Shown: positions 51,063 through 52,408 of the stretch, in pieces
Numbering within the stretch: position 1 is the stretch's first letter
How the letters are laid out: the number at the start of each line of letters is the position of its first letter
Position numbers and translations under genes: made by a program
Source of the DNA: a virus
Taxonomy: Duplodnaviria > Caudoviricetes
Reading direction: 5' to 3' (one strand)
Virus record (IMG/VR): IMGVR_UViG_3300024259_001058
Coordinates: 1-52,408 of that record
Length of the DNA: 52,408 nt
Notes under the pieces: generated by a model
Seen by the model: the letters and a program-made list of their open reading frames with translations, nothing else
What the model was told of the DNA's origin: nothing
Databases searched by the model: none

Positions 51063-51091
51063 AGTTTAGCCGTGCAGCGAACCCTTGTCAA
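51063..51091 (-). promoter_or_regulatory. sigma70-like promoter of the replication genes
   Basis: TTGACA (51086-51091)-N17-TAAACT (51063-51068) on the - strand. Confidence 0.75.
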
Positions 51092-51137
51092 GAGCCGCTT
51101 GGTAGTCTATACTCAGAGCACCAAAGCGACTTGTTGA

Positions 51138-51554
51138 CTACAGCGACACAGGCCCCCGGCTCCCACCGGGGGCCTCGCTGTGCTCACTTGTCTTCCTCGC
51201 CTCCGCAACTGCGAACTCTAGGTCTTCCAGAGCATGTCGGAGCTCGATGTTCGTCAGGTCGATCAGCGCCCCCTTGCCCTTCGCATCCAGGCTATCAAGC
51301 CCTTCCAGCGTTTGCAGGACCGCCGCCGAGGGAAGCCCGTTTGCCTCCAATTCGTAGTCCGTAATCAGAGCCACTGACAGCCACTCTTTGTCGCCAACGT
51401 GCGTCGACCACTCGCCCACGAGAATGTCGTATTCGTCCTTGACACCGACCACCTCGCCATCGTCGTCATGCTCGTAGATGACAACGTGATCGAGCTTCCA
51501 GCCGGAGAACTCCGGGTCACGCCGCTTCGTCTTGCCGGGCCATGCTACGCTCAC
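51138..51554 (-). CDS. Hypothetical protein
   Basis: 138 aa, GAGGAG RBS, GTGA overlap. Confidence 0.7.
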   Translation of the reverse strand: MSVAWPGKTKRRDPEFSGWKLDHVVIYEHDDDGEVVGVKDEYDILVGEWSTHVGDKEWLSVALITDYELEANGLPSAAVLQTLEGLDSLDAKGKGALIDLTNIELRHALEDLEFAVAEARKTSEHSEAPGGSRGPVSL

Positions 51555-51862
51555 GCGTTGATCTCCTCAGTCGCCATCGCTACAAAGCTCACGGTGCGCT
51601 TCCCCGTCGACGGCGATACGTACTCTCCCAGGACACACGTATCCGTCGCCATCGCGTTCGCCCGGAATCGTGTACTCCCCAGCGGGTTTACGTGCCCTTT
51701 GAGCATTTCCGTGGCTGCGAAGGCCAGCAGGGCTTCATAGGCCCTCGGGCTAATCAGATACCCTTCGAGAACCCAGTCTGACGGGTCCCTGGGCAGAAGT
51801 ATTGGCACGGGCTCCCCATGTTGCACGCCAAGCACCGCTTTGGCCGCTTGTGCGAGAGTCAT
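51551..51862 (-). CDS. Hypothetical protein
   Basis: ATG 51862, GAGGAG RBS, ATGA overlap. Confidence 0.65.
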   Translation of the reverse strand: MTLAQAAKAVLGVQHGEPVPILLPRDPSDWVLEGYLISPRAYEALLAFAATEMLKGHVNPLGSTRFRANAMATDTCVLGEYVSPSTGKRTVSFVAMATEEINA

Positions 51863-52408
51863 GCGTTGATCTCCTCCCACGCCCAGTCGATTATGACCCT
51901 CGCCATCGTGCCTTCCTTAACTCGTTTGTAGCGCCCGATTTCGCCTTCGAGGCGGCTGATGTGGTGGCCTGTCACCTTGGTCACGGGGTCGGCGCTTTGG
52001 GCGAAGAAATCGCGCCTGTTAGGTTCCACGAGCCCTAACACCTCGTTGGGGTGTGCACCTCTCTCGGCCATCCGTTTCTGTACCTCGGGGATTGACCACC
52101 GATCTGCAATTTGTGGAAGGTGCGGGAGCACTTCTAGGAAGAGGCCGCTGGTGGTGTCAGGATAAGGTACACACAAGAACTCGGCGGTGGCTTCTACCCA
52201 GAATAGCGGAGATTCCACCATCTCGGTGTACTCCATGTAGAACAGGCGTTCCGCGTCAGTCTCAGTAAGTCTCATCACCTCCCGATGGTGGACTATCGCC
52301 AGTGAGGCCCTGTGTTTCAGCGACTGTTCGTCGCCGGTCCCGTAGTGTTCCCAGTAGCTGGCCAGCGCGTCCCTTATGTCTCGGTGGATGTACATTATTA
52401 GGTTCTCG
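51859..52408 (-). CDS. Second sulfotransferase-fold protein, N-terminus outside the window
   Basis: Frame open to the window edge (ENLIMYIHRDIRDALASYW); shares YIHRDIRD..AS and HIS...G..G with 7486-8226. Confidence 0.75.
   Translation of the reverse strand, partial: ENLIMYIHRDIRDALASYWEHYGTGDEQSLKHRASLAIVHHREVMRLTETDAERLFYMEYTEMVESPLFWVEATAEFLCVPYPDTTSGLFLEVLPHLPQIADRWSIPEVQKRMAERGAHPNEVLGLVEPNRRDFFAQSADPVTKVTGHHISRLEGEIGRYKRVKEGTMARVIIDWAWEEINA

Noticed and set aside
1-52408. Alternative genetic code, integrase/lysogeny module, tRNA genes, terminal repeats
   Set aside because: Standard code gives dense full-length genes using all three stops; no recombinase motif or cloverleaf recognised; the two ends share no sequence. 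The genome is incomplete, so absence is not proven.

Overview
The window is most of the genome of a high-GC tailed dsDNA phage, probably short-tailed (podovirus-like). It is incomplete: the left end starts in a poly-G/poly-C tract and the right end cuts through a gene. Layout: (1) 459-3939, a + strand operon of small unknown, probably early, genes ending at a bidirectional terminator (3982-4017). (2) 4073-12791, a - strand block with RuvC resolvase, a probable single-strand annealing protein, an ECF sigma factor, a sulfotransferase-fold protein, an HTH protein (possible small terminase), a GH108 endolysin and a RyR-repeat-like protein. (3) 13261-47759, a - strand morphogenesis block: TerL, portal, scaffold, major capsid, cement, head fibre, adaptor, nozzle, a repeat-built tail fibre and three very large probable ejection proteins (1915, 830 and 2084 aa). 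(4) 48058-52408, a - strand replication block: DnaB helicase, an initiator with internal iterons, and a second, truncated sulfotransferase. I saw no integrase, DNA polymerase, tRNA, CRISPR array or reverse transcriptase. The most unusual signals are a strand-polarised hexamer TGACGG that saturates the first ~4-5 kb and recurs as 22-bp-phased repeats at two operon heads; two sulfotransferase paralogues; a glutamine-rich giant protein with a prion-like N-terminus and an exact 40-residue periodic segment; and several structured RNA leaders in the head operon. All family calls come from motif recognition by eye and all counts are hand counts.
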